Below, in pieces: positions 24,133 through 36,430 of a stretch of DNA of 50,214 nt; position 1 is the first letter of the stretch, and each line of letters starts with the position of its first letter. Source of the stretch: Octopus bimaculoides (taxonomy: Eukaryota); assembly GCF_001194135.2 (NCBI RefSeq), contig NC_069008.1:12324215-12374428 (forward strand). Reading direction: 5' to 3'. The notes under the pieces are model-generated. The model was given only the letters and a program-made list of their open reading frames with translations, was not told the origin of the DNA and ran no database searches. The position numbers were made by a program, and so were the translations under genes.

Positions 24133-26085
24133 CTATCCTGTGTGAACACGTTTATGTATTCTTAACTTACTACTTTCAGAGAATGATTTACTGCAAATAT
24201 CACAATGATAAGGTTTTTCTCCTGTATGAATACGTTTATGTATTATTAAGGTACTTTTTACAGAGAATGATTTACTACAGATATCACACTGGTATGGCTT
24301 CTCTCCTGTGTGAATACGTTTGTGGTAAATTAAGGTACTATTTACAGTAAATGATTTACCACAGATATCACACTGATATGGCTTCTCCCCTGAATGAATG
24401 CGTTTGTGTGTTATTAAATTACTACTTTGAGAGAATGATTTACTACAAACATTACAGTGAAATGGCTTCTTTCCTGTATGAATACGTTTATGTATAGTTA
24501 ACTCACTACCTCCAGAGAATGATTTACCACAGATATCACATTGGTATGGCTTCTCTCCTGTATGAGTACGTTTGTGTAGAGTTAACTCACCACTTCCACA
24601 GAATGATTTACCACAGAAAATACACTGATATGGCTTCTCTCCGGTATGAATACGTTTGTGCTTAGTAACATTACGAATTTGAGAGAATGACTTACCACAG
24701 ATATCACATTGGTATGTCTCTCCTCTTACATGAACCTGTTTGTGTGCTGTTAAGTGAATACTTTCAGAAAATGATTTGCCACAGATAACACAGCGATATG
24801 GTTTTTCTCCTGTATGAATACGTCTATGTGTCGTTAAGCTACTACGTACAGAGAATGATTTACCACAGATATCACACTGATATGGCTTCTCTCCTGTATG
24901 GATACGTTTGTGTCGTTTTAAGTTAAGACTTGCAATAAATGATTTACCACAGATATCACATTGATATGGCTTCTCTCCTGTATGAATACGTTTGTGTAGT
25001 TTTAAGCTATGAATTACAGAAAATGATTTACCGCAGATATCACACCGATACGGCTTCTCTCCTGTATGGATACGCTTGTGTACAGTCAAGTTAACAATTT
25101 GGGAGAATGATTTATTACAGATATCACACTGATATGGCTTATCTCCTGTATGAATTCGTTTGTGAGTAGTTAAGGTTGTATTTCGAGTAAATGATTTACC
25201 ACAGATATCACAACGATACCGCTTCTCTCCTGTATGAAGACGTTTGTGGCCAGTTAATTCACTACTTCCATAGAATGATTTACCACAGATTTCACAGTGA
25301 TAAGGCTTCTCTCCTGTATGAATACGATGGTGTTTAGTTAAGTCATTACCTTGACTGAATGATTTACCACAAATATCACAGTGATATGGCTTCTCTCCTG
25401 TATGAATACGCTTGTGAGCAGTTAAGTAACCTTTTTGAGAGAATGATTTACCACAGACATCACAATGAAATGGCTTCTCTCCTGTATGTACACTTTGGTG
25501 AGAAGTTAAAGTACATTTTGCAGAAAATGATTTACCACAGATACCACAATGATATGGCTTCTCTCCTGTATGACTACGTTTATGTGTAATTAAGTCACCA
25601 CTGCCAGGGAATGATTTACCACAGATATTACAGTGATATGGCTTCTCTCCTGTATGAATTCGCTTGTGTTTTGTTAGGTTACCGTTCCGAGAGAATGATT
25701 TACCACAGACATCACAGCAATATGGTTTCTCTCCTGTATGAACACGTTTGTGTACTGTTAAGTGACCAGTTTCAGTGAATGATTTGCCACAGATATCACA
25801 CTGATGTGGCTTCTCTCCTGTATGTACATGTTTATGCGTGGTTAAGCTACTACGTACAGAGAATGATTTGCCACAGATATCACACTGATATGGCTTCTCT
25901 CCTGTATGTACACGTACATGTGTTGTTAGGCTACTACGTACAGAGAATGATTTGCCACAGATATCACAGCGATATGGCTTCTCACCTGTGTGAATAAGTT
26001 TATGGTTAGCTAGATTGCCCTTTTGAGAGAATGACTTTTTACAGATATCACAGTTGTGTGATAGTTTTCTTGTATCTTTAGGCAT
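24133..26085 (-). CDS. Intact C2H2 zinc-finger protein ZNF-B, 650 aa, 23 tandem Kruppel-type fingers, no effector domain in this exon
   Basis: ATG at 26085 (MPKDTRK), homologous to the ZNF-A start; the ORF track begins at an upstream TTG. 23 C-x2-C-x12-H-x3-H units with TGEKP linkers and no internal stop. In-frame TAA at 26112-26110 upstream. Confidence 0.95.
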   Translation of the reverse strand: MPKDTRKLSHNCDICKKSFSQKGNLANHKLIHTGEKPYRCDICGKSFSVRSSLTTHVRVHTGEKPYQCDICGKSFSVRSSLTTHKHVHTGEKPHQCDICGKSFTETGHLTVHKRVHTGEKPYCCDVCGKSFSRNGNLTKHKRIHTGEKPYHCNICGKSFPGSGDLITHKRSHTGEKPYHCGICGKSFSAKCTLTSHQSVHTGEKPFHCDVCGKSFSQKGYLTAHKRIHTGEKPYHCDICGKSFSQGNDLTKHHRIHTGEKPYHCEICGKSFYGSSELTGHKRLHTGEKRYRCDICGKSFTRNTTLTTHKRIHTGDKPYQCDICNKSFSQIVNLTVHKRIHTGEKPYRCDICGKSFSVIHSLKLHKRIHTGEKPYQCDICGKSFIASLNLKRHKRIHTGEKPYQCDICGKSFSVRSSLTTHRRIHTGEKPYRCVICGKSFSESIHLTAHKQVHVRGETYQCDICGKSFSQIRNVTKHKRIHTGEKPYQCIFCGKSFCGSGELTLHKRTHTGEKPYQCDICGKSFSGGSELTIHKRIHTGKKPFHCNVCSKSFSQSSNLITHKRIHSGEKPYQCDICGKSFTVNSTLIYHKRIHTGEKPYQCDICSKSFSVKSTLIIHKRIHTGEKPYHCDICSKSFSESSKLRIHKRVHTG

Positions 26086-26496
26086 GGCTTCAGGCAAAGA
26101 ATCAATTCCTTAATTTTCTTACTGTTTTACAAAATTTTTCTCCTCAAATCCCAATATGTGTATACATATTTCTCTCTCTATATATATATATTTGTTGCAA
26201 TTTTTGCTTTTATAATTTATTCATTACAAAGTTTTTCAACTTCAATATTTCTCTCCAGTGTTATCTTTATCTAACAATGCTTGAAAATTTGCCCAAGTTC
26301 AATTTGCACACACATTTTGTACACATTCCAGATTATAATGTACAGAAATGTTGCTAATAATCTCAGTTCACAGCAAATATGTAACTGGAACTCTATGATA
26401 AATTTATAGACACAGTGTTAAATATCTGTCCCATAAAGTATTTTCATTCAGTCTTCAAAAGATGCATCTTCTGCTATGCCAGTGTCATCTGATATT

Positions 26497-26520
26497 CTGA
26501 AATAACAAATAAACAACACT
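26497..26520 (-). promoter_or_regulatory. Splice acceptor of the ZNF-B terminal exon (exon starts 26496; 411-nt leader before ATG)
   Basis: gttgtttatttgttatttcAG|aatatcagatgac, conserved in four paralogs. Confidence 0.7.
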
Positions 26521-26710
26521 TTAAGATACAGAGGCTACTTAAAGAATAGATTCAAATTTATAACATTTCTATAAAGATAAATTGAAGAAATAAAGATTTA
26601 TGATAACTGAATGTTTTAATTCACTAAAATTTACATCACAAAACTCTCTGTGAAGCTTACATATTAGCAAACAAGAGCTACACCTTCACATTGTGCAAGC
26701 ATTATATATA

Positions 26711-26853
26711 TTGGTTTCAAATTTTGGTACAAGGCCTGCAATTTCGAGGTGTGGGGGGGGCAAGTTGATTACATAGACCCCAGTACTCAAATAATACTTA
26801 TTTTATCAACCCTGAAAGGATGACAGGCACAGTTGACCTCAGCAGAATTTACT
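26711..26853 (-). mobile_element. Nin/Deu-like SINE fragment, present only in the ZNF-B intron
   Basis: Matches the 22652 family; the flanks join directly in paralog A (about 4120-4130). Confidence 0.7.
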
Positions 26854-27281
26854 AACATTATAATAAACAATAGAATTGTAGACAATAGCCTTCTCTCTCC
26901 AGAAATATAACTTGACATAGTTATTTAGCCCTAGGTCAGCTCTGATTGAGCAAACCTGATTAAAAACATTCTGTCCATGAACATCCAATCTTTTTCACTA
27001 GCATTATCCAATATAGATCTCAATTTTTAAGAATGAAATGTGTAATTTGAGGGAAATGTAGCTGCTATTTTTATTATGTTGTGCAGCTACATAGAGCTTC
27101 TGGATGGTTCATAGTTGCTATTTAGCCCAAGGTTAATCTTGAATACGTTACTTTATGATCAAAATAAGATTTTTTCACAGATCTTATGAATATTATGACA
27201 GATCAGTCAAACATAAAAACATTGATGAATAAAGAAAAGACAACCAAAAAAGAGAAAACAACATTAACAATAAATATGACA

Positions 27282-27745
27282 GGCATGGCTGTGCAGTTAA
27301 GAAGTTTGTTCATTTAGTTTCAGGTTCAGTCCCACTGTGCAGTACCTTCAGGAAGGCTTTTCTCCAATAACCCCAGGTCAAGCAAAAACATCTGAGTAGT
27401 ACAAGTAATAGGTAAAGCCTAAAAGAAGACCACCTTATATGAATGTGCCTCTGTGTGTATGTGTGTGTTCGTTTTGGTCTTCATATCACATGACAGTTGT
27501 AAACAATTACCACAATGTTGTTTGTTTCCAACTGTCCAGACAGATAAGAAATATTGACTTCCTTGGAGACAGAAGGTTAATATATACACACACACACATG
27601 CATATACATATGCCCATGATGGGCTTCTATCTACCAAATCTGCTCATGGAGTTTCAGTTGGCCCAGGGTCACAGTGTAAGACATTTCTCCAAGATGCCAT
27701 GCAGTGGGACTGAGTAAAGAACCACATGATAACTACACAGTCATG
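27282..27745. mobile_element. SINE fragments (ggctgtg family): + piece 27282-27420 and - piece 27620-27745
   Basis: ggcatggctgtgcagttaagaag, caggttcagtcccactg; reverse piece ccaagatgccatgcagtgggactga. Confidence 0.55.
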
Positions 27746-27944
27746 TAAGCTACTCAAATGGTATTATTCTGTTTATCAATTTTTCATATAAAATGAATTA
27801 TTTATTACTAATCTCATTATTATTTAATACTAAATTTACTTAGGTATGTATATATTTATTGAATTCAGTTCACTTGAAATATGATGATAATGCCCTGTAT
27901 TTGTGTTGGCCACTCCTGACAGCCAGAATTTCCAAATAGTATAT

Positions 27945-28660
27945 GCCATGTACAGGAATGCTATTAATAAAGTAAGAGTTAGCAATGAGTACAGAGACGA
28001 ATTTAGCGTACAAGTAAGTCTTCAGCAAGGCCCAGTCCTCATCCCCTCCTAGTCATCATTGTCCTCCTGGCCATAACAGACAAATTTAAGACTGGAAGCC
28101 CATAGGAAATACTATATTCTAATGGTTTGCTCTCATAGCTGAATCTGTAACAGAACTAGAAAAGAAATTCAAGGTGTGGAATCAAAGGGTCTTAAAATTA
28201 ATGTGACAAAGACCAAGGTATTAGAAAGCAAGAAATCAGACAGGACCCTACTCACTTAAAGTAAGAGGCCCTGCTCGATACATAGCAAAGATATGGGCAA
28301 AAATTCCATTTGGTGTACCCAGTACAAGTTATGGACACAGAAGAGGTGCAGTGAAATAGTAGGAAGGTTAACACAGAAAGTAGTTTGTATGTGGAAGATG
28401 CACAGGAGACATAAGGTCTACAGATATATAGAAAATTAGTTTCCTCAAATGCCCCAGAGGCTCTAAAGAAAGTGGATAATTTCTGCTACCTAGGTGACCT
28501 AATTAGCAGTGAAGGACATACCAAAATTGTAGTAGTTAGATTAAGAATAGGATGGAGAAAGTTCAGACAGTTTTTACCTCTGTTGGTCTCTCTCTCTCTC
28601 TAAGTGAAAAGACAATTGTATGATGCATGTGTAGAAACAGCAATGTTACAGTGTCCCACA
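27945..28660 (+). mobile_element. RTE-clade LINE fragment
   Basis: VQVSLQQGPVL.PLL, FCYLGDLIS, RIGWRKFRQFLPLL; same family as 40955-42925. Confidence 0.8.
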
Positions 28661-29879
28661 TGAGACTTTTATGACAACTTTCTAGAAGAATGCAACTTGC
28701 TTCATTAAACTTCAAAGAGATATTTTGAGGGTTTAGATTATGATCATGTAGATTAAAGTTCAAGGAAAATTTTTAGGAGGATTTTCTGATCCTTCTCAAT
28801 CTCACCTCATCTTTGTTATCAATTTCCCTGTCTCTACTATTTCACTTTTTTCTTTTCTTAAGATTTATATTTGAAACACCAACACTTCATCTTTGAAAAT
28901 GCATTTTTACAAAACGTCATTTTTAAATGAGTGTTATAAGGAAAGAAAGTCAGGGTGTGACACCAAAATGTAGATGTGCCTAAAGCAGAAGGGACTACAT
29001 GAAAACGCTACACTCTCCCAAATTTATAAATAAATCATTATTGTTATACAAATGATTAATTAACCCTTCAGGATACTGTCAGATGTAATGCTTATTTATT
29101 AACATTGTTTTGAATTAAATCATGCATCACATGGTAGCTTTGAAATTTCAATGATCTAATTGTTTATATTTAGAATGACATTGTAGGATAGGTGTGAGAG
29201 ACTGAATCTGGCTGGTTTGATCAGAGAACAGGTAGAATATTTGGACCAGATATGACTGGTTTAGATGCTGAAGGATTAAACTGATTTAATAAACGTTTTC
29301 TGGTATATTCTAGACATGAAACAGCAAACCTTAGAATTTTTGAAAACATTCAGAGATTCCACATACATGGTGTAAATAATACTTTTATGAGACAATGAAG
29401 TAAGTGTCTTCTGCTATAGCCTTGGGCCGACTGAAGGCATGTGACTGAATGTGGTAGGCGGAAGTTATCATGTGGGATACATTTAAATTTTTTTCCTCAA
29501 AAACAATTTCCTGCATAATATTTAGATGAGCTTTTATGCATAAGTAACTAAAGTGAACTCACTTTTATCTATCTTTAAAAACGTTCACCCATGAATCCAT
29601 TTGTATTCTTATGCAAAATTTGTTTAAATATGGGCAAGGTTGCATAGCAATCTTGGTTTTCAATAAATTCTTAGCATTTATAAGACTTCGGTGGTGAATA
29701 GATTGTAATGCTGAGTCATTATGCTTAGTCATGAAGCAAATAATTAAGTTCTTCTTTTACTTTCACCCTTGTTGTTTTTGTTTTAGTGCGAGTTCTGCAT
29801 GACTGCTAGTGGTATGTCATTCAAGAAAAGCTTCAAAGTTGTTCAGAAAAACAAGGAGAAATGGAGGAAAAATTTGGTG

Positions 29880-30200
29880 CAGTTCCAGCCCCATTCATCT
29901 ACAGGTCATGTGCCTGTAGAAAAAGCCTCACTGGCCGGCAGAAGCTGAATGCCACTCAAGGAACAGATTGCTGGTTAGTACCAGTTTCTTGGGAAATCAA
30001 TTAAAGGCAGAAAGGAGAGAGTGGCAGAATTATCAGGAGAGGTGACACTACTGTGGAGAGATAAACTGAATTTTCCAATCATTTCCAAGCAAGCAATACA
30101 GTCCAAGCTTGAAAATGTGCTTTATTTGTATGACAAATGCTCCAAGAAAGGAAAATTTGAGCCATTAGAAGAACTGTTCGATATCACCAAAGTCCACACG
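29880..30200 (+). mobile_element. Possible DNA-transposase N-terminal fragment (Sola2-like, family uncertain)
   Basis: ELSGEVTLLWRDKLNFPIISKQAIQSKLENVLYLYDKC...EELFDITK resembles the W..a.iP...LFDI pattern. Confidence 0.35.
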
Positions 30201-30421
30201 CAAGCAATACAAATGTTATAAATATTGTAGGTCTGTAAAATAAAGCTTATAAACGAGTTTGGTTCAGAAGGTGGACTTTTAATGATTTTTTGAAATTTGA
30301 CAGTGAAAAAATGTGTTTTAGCCTTTGTGGTAAAATATCATTCCATATGTTAATACTGTTATAAATAAAGCTTTTCTGACAAATTGATACTCGACAAAAA
30401 TGCATTTCATATATATATATC

Positions 30422-30525
30422 TAGGTGCAGGCTAGGCTGTGTGGTAAGAAGCTTGCCTCCCAACCACATGGAACTTTGGGCAAGTGTTTTCTACTACAGC
30501 CTCAAGTTGACCAATGCTTTGTATA
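30422..30525 (+). mobile_element. Deleted SINE copy (ggctgtgtggtaagaag family)
   Basis: ggctgtgtggtaagaagcttgcctcccaaccacatgg...gggcaagtgttttctactacagcc. Confidence 0.65.
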
Positions 30526-30619
30526 TTGAGAACCACTGCTTTAGATTATGATTATGTTGATGACATTTAGGAAAAAACTTCCTCGGTGGCATTCTCAACC
30601 CTGCCTTGGTTTTGTTGTT

Positions 30620-32130
30620 ATCCGTTTCTGTAACTTTTTGTTTTTGTATAATCGTATGAATTCCTATGTTAGAACTTAAATTTGCAAGAATTTTCTGAAA
30701 ATTTCAAAAGTAAAAAGTTATGAGAGTTTATATGGGGTGATCAAACCAGAATTCCACAGATAGTCTATTTTAATAGCATACTTGTCTGTTGGTAAATGTG
30801 TTTTCTCTTACACACGCACACACATGGACTTGCTTGGTGCAGAGAGAGAAGGGATTGAAAATTACAATCTTTTTTTTTGTTACTTAAAACCCAATAAACC
30901 ATCACACCATAAAATGTGTTTCTGGAGAGAAAAATATTGAAAAACATCAATACATGTCAGAGCGACTATGAAACGAGGAAGGTACCAAGTGATCGTGGGA
31001 TGTGCTAGAAACGGCAGCTAAGTCTTCTTAAAATCACATACCTTTTCTTTTGAAAATATGTTCAAAATTATTTTATGTTTATTTATTTGTTTTACCGAAA
31101 AGACTTCTCCCATCGTAGTGCAAAAAAAAAAAAAAACAATGGCCAAAATCGGTCTGGAGTGATGGAGGTTAAAATAAAAATTTAAACTTTTTTCACCATT
31201 CATCATTTCGAAGGCCGCAGTGAAAGAAAAACGGGCGGCGGGGGGGAAGACCATCAAAATAGAGAAACCGCAATTTATGCAAGCATCTTAGTTTGAAACT
31301 CCACCGACTTCCTTTCTACTGCATTGTCAAAAGGTAGAATCACAATTTTCACGCAAAGACATCTCGACTGAATTTAGTGTATCACACATGTCAAGTAAAA
31401 TTAATTGAATATTTAAATCTCTCTCTCATCCATCCAATAGAAATGGCTCTGTCTGTATCCGTATCTCTCTCTCTCTCTCTCTAATATTATTAAAACTGCC
31501 CTTCTACTGCATATGGTAATTTCGTTGCTTTTCAAATCACATGAGTATCCTCTAAGGCCCACCCAGCAGCCACATTTAATTAAAACACGAATCATTACCA
31601 ACTACTTCAAAGACCAAATTCATTGATGACACACGAAATATATATATATATATATCGTAAAGAAAATAGAGGAAGGGGGTCCGAATATTCCTCGCTGCTC
31701 CGACCCACAAAAACTATAAAAAAGGTCGGTTGCAGCGTGTTTGGAAGTCAGGTACCTTGATAACTCACGCAAAAAACAAGAAACTGACAAAAACATTATT
31801 TCCCAACAAAGGCAAGCGAGGTGTAAGGTCTATAAAACTCCGATGGCTTTCTGTCTCCTTTCTCTATACAGCTAGTCGTTTCCGACTGGTTTGGAGATCA
31901 TTACCGAGCGGAATTCTGCTTTTTTAATTCGGGGAATTTTCAGAAAAATCTTGCGAATTTGTATTTCACACAAAGAATTCACATGACTAGGAAAAAAATT
32001 TTTTTTAATTTTTCAGAATCTTTTACACGTTTTTTCTTTTTTAATTTTAGCAAACATTTTCCGAAAATTCTAAAAAATGAAAAAATTATGAGTTACAAGA
32101 AAACTTAAAGCAGAGTTCCAACCATATTCG
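30620..32130. repeat. Inverted copies of an AT-rich DNA-transposon subterminal repeat (gaattc...gaaaatt...aaagttatgag)
   Basis: 30650-30710 is roughly the reverse complement of 31935-31990; a related block lies at 17700-17820. Confidence 0.4.
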
Positions 32131-32515
32131 CTGATAATGTAAAAAAAAAAAAAACTCCAGGGATGGAAGTAATCGAGGCCCTCTCCCAAATTTCCCTCTG
32201 CTTTCCGGGGAATAAAAAGTCATTTGCGATATGTTCGGAGATCAGATTATTTAACACAAAAAAAGAAAAAGAGAAACGAGGAAAGCTGATTCATTTCCAC
32301 GAGAAATGTTCTAAAAATTGACTCCATTTACAAATACATCATTCTTTTAACGTGATTGATTAAGATTGATTGAAGATTGACAATTAAATGCGATTAAAGT
32401 ACCGTTATGTTGTAGCGGCGATCGTTGACCACAAACGTGTTTCACAACTTAAATGTATGAATACGTGTGTGTACATATATGCATGTATACACACAATTAT
32501 ACACATGTATGTATA

Positions 32516-32645
32516 TCTTACCTTTTGTGGCATATAAATCTATAGTTAGTGCAAAATAGGTTTAATCACCCCAAATCTTCCGAAGATAATACAAAAGGTT
32601 TCGGCAGCATCAAGCAATATGGCTGCAGCAGAAACGGAAGTACTA
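32516..32645 (-). promoter_or_regulatory. Candidate first exon and donor for ZNF-B
   Basis: ACTTCCG (ETS-like) and GCAGCCATATT (YY1-like), then strong donor AAG|GTAAGA at 32521. Not homologous to the exon 1 of A or D. Confidence 0.3.
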
Positions 32646-32928
32646 ACTGTCATGTGACAAACCTACAGCCGCAGTTATCTGACAAAAACAAAATAAAGTG
32701 CAATAAAATTAAAAAAATGTAATAGGTTTATGTAAATCACTATGGTTACCATCTGGCTATGGTATAATAGTAGTAGTGGGAGTTGTGTTGCTGTTTGTAG
32801 TTTTGACAGTTGTGGTAAGAGTCGTGATGGAGGTAGTTGTATTGTTTATAATAGTCGTAGTAGCCAATGTTGTTGTTCAGGCTATATTATTATCATTATT
32901 CTGCGATTGAGAACTTAAAATCACTTCT

Positions 32929-32962
<34 letters not shown>

Positions 32963-33352
32963 NNNNNNNNNNNNNNNNNNNNNNNNNNNNNNNNNNNNNN
33001 NNNNNNNNNNNNNNNNNNNNNNNNNNNNNNNNNNNNNNNNNNNNNNNNNNNNNNNNNNNNNNNNNNNNNNNNNNNNNNNNNNNNNNNNNNNNNNNNNNNN
33101 NNNNNNNNNNNNNNNNNNNNNNNNNNNNNNNNNNNNNNNNNNNNNNNNNNNNNNNNNNNNNNNNNNNNNNNNNNNNNNNNNNNNNNNNNNNNNNNNNNNN
33201 NNNNNNNNNNNNNNNNNNNNNNNNNNNNNNNNNNNNNNNNNNNNNNNNNNNNNNNNNNNNNNNNNNNNNNNNNNNNNNNNNNNNNNNNNNNNNNNNNNNN
33301 NNNNNNNNNNNNNNNNNNNNNNNNNNNNNNNNNNNNNATATATATATATATC

Positions 33353-33600
33353 ATCATCATTGTCATTTAGCATCCATTTTCCATGCTCGCATGGGTTAGA
33401 TGATTTGAGTGGAATTGGTAAGCGAGAGAGTTGTAACAAGCTCCAGTCTGTGTCTGACATGGTTTCGACAGCTGGATGCACTTTCTAACACTGCCCACCC
33501 CAAGAGTGTAGTGGGTGCCTTTTACATGTCACCAGCATGGGTGCCCCTTACGTGTCCCTGGCATAATATTTTCTATGTGTCCCCATCATGTGTTACCTAA
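33353..33600 (-). mobile_element. RTE 3'-UTR/tail fragment
   Basis: atcatcatc...ttttccatgctcgcatgggttagat...gctggatgcactttctaacac. Confidence 0.7.
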
Positions 33601-34169
33601 TTACTGATTTATTGTGGACAGTCTAAAAGTAGGAATTTATGCTATGGATTGATATTTTGAATTTTTTTTTATAAAAGTGGAGCAAATACTACTAAGTAAA
33701 AGATAGCTTTTGTTCATAAAACATACATCCTTGATACACAGTGATATAAACCCTTGATAGGTAAAATACAGGGACATTTCACCTAGGTAGGCAAGAGCAA
33801 CATTTTCATCTCATGGCAAAATATGCACCTAATTCAATAAAATTATAAAGGTTCATCTGATTACTATTCATAAAATGCAAATGTTTTATTTTTTTGTAGA
33901 TTAGGTAGGCATAATTTGCCCCTGCTTTTCAATACCAGTATTTAAGCTATGCATAGTAATGCTGTAGTACACACATTGCATACATTATGTGCTATAAAGG
34001 CAGAAATAGATCTGCCTTCAACTCAGTCACGTGCCTGAGCTTTGTTTGTTTTTTGTGTGTTTTACTACATAACTGTCGCCAATGACACATGTACACCCAC
34101 AAGTTTTTATGCCTGTACTATAATCCACTGAACTTTGAAGCTGTTCTGGAAATACGAGGGCCTATTTCT

Positions 34170-34385
34170 TTTCTTTTATTTTTTTATTTGTTTCAGTCAT
34201 TTGACTCAGCCATGCTGGAGCACCGCCTTTAGTCAAACAAATCAACCCCAGGACTTATTCTTTGTAAGCCTAGTACTTACTCTATCAGTCTCTTTTCCCA
34301 AACTGCTAAGTTATGGGGACATAAACACACCAATATGGGTTGTCAAGTGATGGTGGGGGAGATAAACACAGCTACAAAAACATAT

Positions 34386-34432
<47 letters not shown>

Positions 34433-34552
34433 ACAGGCTTCTTTCTGTTTCCATCTACCAAATCCATTCACAAGGCTTTGGCAGCCTGAGGCTTTAGTGG
34501 AAGACACTTGTCCAAGGTGCCATGCAATCTTCTTACCACACAGCCACACCTG
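34170..34552 (-). mobile_element. SINE (ggctgtgtggtaagaag family) with internal head deletion
   Basis: Reverse complement of the 12457-12858 consensus, including the CR1-like tail. Confidence 0.85.
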
Positions 34553-34714
34553 TTTGTCAATAATTTTTTTTTAGTTTTTTGTAGATTTGACTTATCAACC
34601 TTTTTACCTAAAGTTTCAGTCTTTGAAATTGTTGCACTTGGAAATCTGAAGTCTTGTAATTCAGAGATTTTCATAATAATTTCTGATCCATATTCAAGGG
34701 GCACAAATTAAAGA

Positions 34715-34900
34715 TTAGGATCATGTCCATGCTGGAATGGGTTGGACAGTGTGACCAGAGTTGGCAAGCCAGGGGGTTGCACCAGACACCAACCTTATTT
34801 GGCATGGTTTCCACAGCTAGATGCCCTTCCTAACACCAAATACTTTACAGTGTGTGCCGAATGCTTTTACATGACACCACATGAGCACTTTTATGTGGAA
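34715..34900 (-). mobile_element. RTE 3'-UTR fragment
   Basis: tccatgctggaatgggttggacag...gctagatgcccttcctaacacc. Confidence 0.65.
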
Positions 34901-35144
34901 CCACCATGGGTATTTTCCACAATTAGAAGGATTGGTGTTAACACTTCTGCTGTGGGGTACAAGTTTTTCTTGAGTACAGCCAGGCACCAGGTATCAATAA
35001 ATATTTTATTTTTAAAAATCTAGGCTTTATATTCTTAAAGTACATCTACCTGCAGACGTACTTTAAGCTTATGTTAACATGCTGCAACAAAGATATTTTG
35101 AACCAAAAAAAGGACCAATCCCATAGTCAAACATAGTGTATTAC

Positions 35145-35525
35145 TGTTGTTGTTGGCACTCCGCCACTTACGATGTCGAGGGTTCCAGTTGATCCGATCA
35201 ACGGAACAGCCTGCTCGTGAAATTAACGTGCAAGTGGCTGAGCACTCCACAGACACGTGTACCCTTAATGTAGTTCTCGGGGATATTCAGCGTGACACAG
35301 TGTGACAATGCTGACCCTTTGAATTACAGGCACAACAGGAACAGGAAGTAAGAGTGAGAGAAAGTTGTGGTGAAAGAGTACAACAGGGTTCGCCACCATC
35401 CCCTGCCGGAGCCTTGTGGAGCTTTAGGTGTTTTCGCTCAATAAACACTCACAATGCCCGGTCTGGGAATCGGATCCTATGACCGCGAGTCCGCTGCCCT
35501 AACCACTGGGCCATTGCGCCTCCAC
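35145..35525 (-). mobile_element. Full-length tRNA-derived SINE of a third family, (AAC)n tail
   Basis: gtggaggcgcaatggcccagtggttagggcagcggactcgcggtc head; B-box-like cgattcc; tail gccaacaacaac. Confidence 0.85.
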
Positions 35526-35609
35526 AGTTGCTGTTAGTGTATTACTAGTGGAGTTGATATGAGCAACGATGCATTGTTTAATGTATATATCCCCATGAAG
35601 GTAGCAATG

Positions 35610-36243
35610 TGCAGGTGAGAACAAAAGATCAGGAAACTATGCTGGTCTTCTGGAGGACATCTGTCCTCAGTCATCTGGACTACAGCTATCAATGATGGTC
35701 ATCCTAGTGTCAATTTCATAGCAGGATTCCAGGGTGTACAACAGTGTTACACCAAGAAGACTACCTCAATGAAACCGAAAGAATTACAATTCCATTCCCT
35801 GGAATGAAGATGGTAGAGTATGCAAGAGATATACATATGGAAGATCCTAGAGGGGCTGGCAGCAAACTTTTGGCACCAGAGTTGTACCAGCCCCCAAGCA
35901 GGATGCCATTGCACTGCTCTAAATGGCTGAACCATCATGTCTAGTGTAAGAAACAGGTACTGAAATAGCTTTGGATTCAAAGGCCCACAGCTTTTTAATA
36001 TCTTGCCCAAAAAACATGGGAGATGTACAAGGAATGAGAGTAGATGTTTTAAAGAAACCGCTTGACATTCTCCTGTCCAAGATCCTCAATGAAACTACAT
36101 CTCAGTCAGAAACTCAAACAAGGACAACAATGTCAAACTCATTCATTCACCAAAAAGACAACCACATAGGAATGACTATTCAAAAGGTGATGTTACTGAC
36201 AGTGCCCCAGCATGGCCACTGCCTTCAGGTTGAAACATAAAAG
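35610..36243 (+). mobile_element. CR1-like LINE 3' fragment including 3' end
   Basis: TKDQETMLVFWRT.VLSHLDY; IYIWKILEGL; ends gtgccccagcatggccactgccttcaggttgaaacataaaaga. Confidence 0.8.
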
Positions 36244-36279
36244 AATACGCACCCACACACACACACATTGTTCAAATAT

Positions 36280-36430
36280 ACAGAAAACAAAAGACAAAGA
36301 CCACTGTAGGAACAACAAGCATATGTATTAGTTTAACACTTGGGAAGAATAGAAAGTCTTCTACATTTTGAGCCTATGCCCTTTGAGAGAAAGGATTAAG
36401 AGGAAAAAAAAGGAAAGAGTGAGAAAAAAA
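36280..36430 (-). mobile_element. Penelope pLTR-like fragment, same family as 48180-48320
   Basis: cagaaaacaaaagac...aacaacaagc...attagttt...gaaagtctt shared by both loci. Confidence 0.45.

Noticed and set aside
24133-26040. Regular 84-bp repeat with constant and variable parts, superficially CRISPR-like
   Set aside because: It is the C2H2 finger codon periodicity in a eukaryotic gene; no cas genes.
35440-35525. tRNA-like sequence (also at the heads of the other SINEs)
   Set aside because: These are SINE heads followed by SINE bodies; no complete cloverleaf or acceptor stem.
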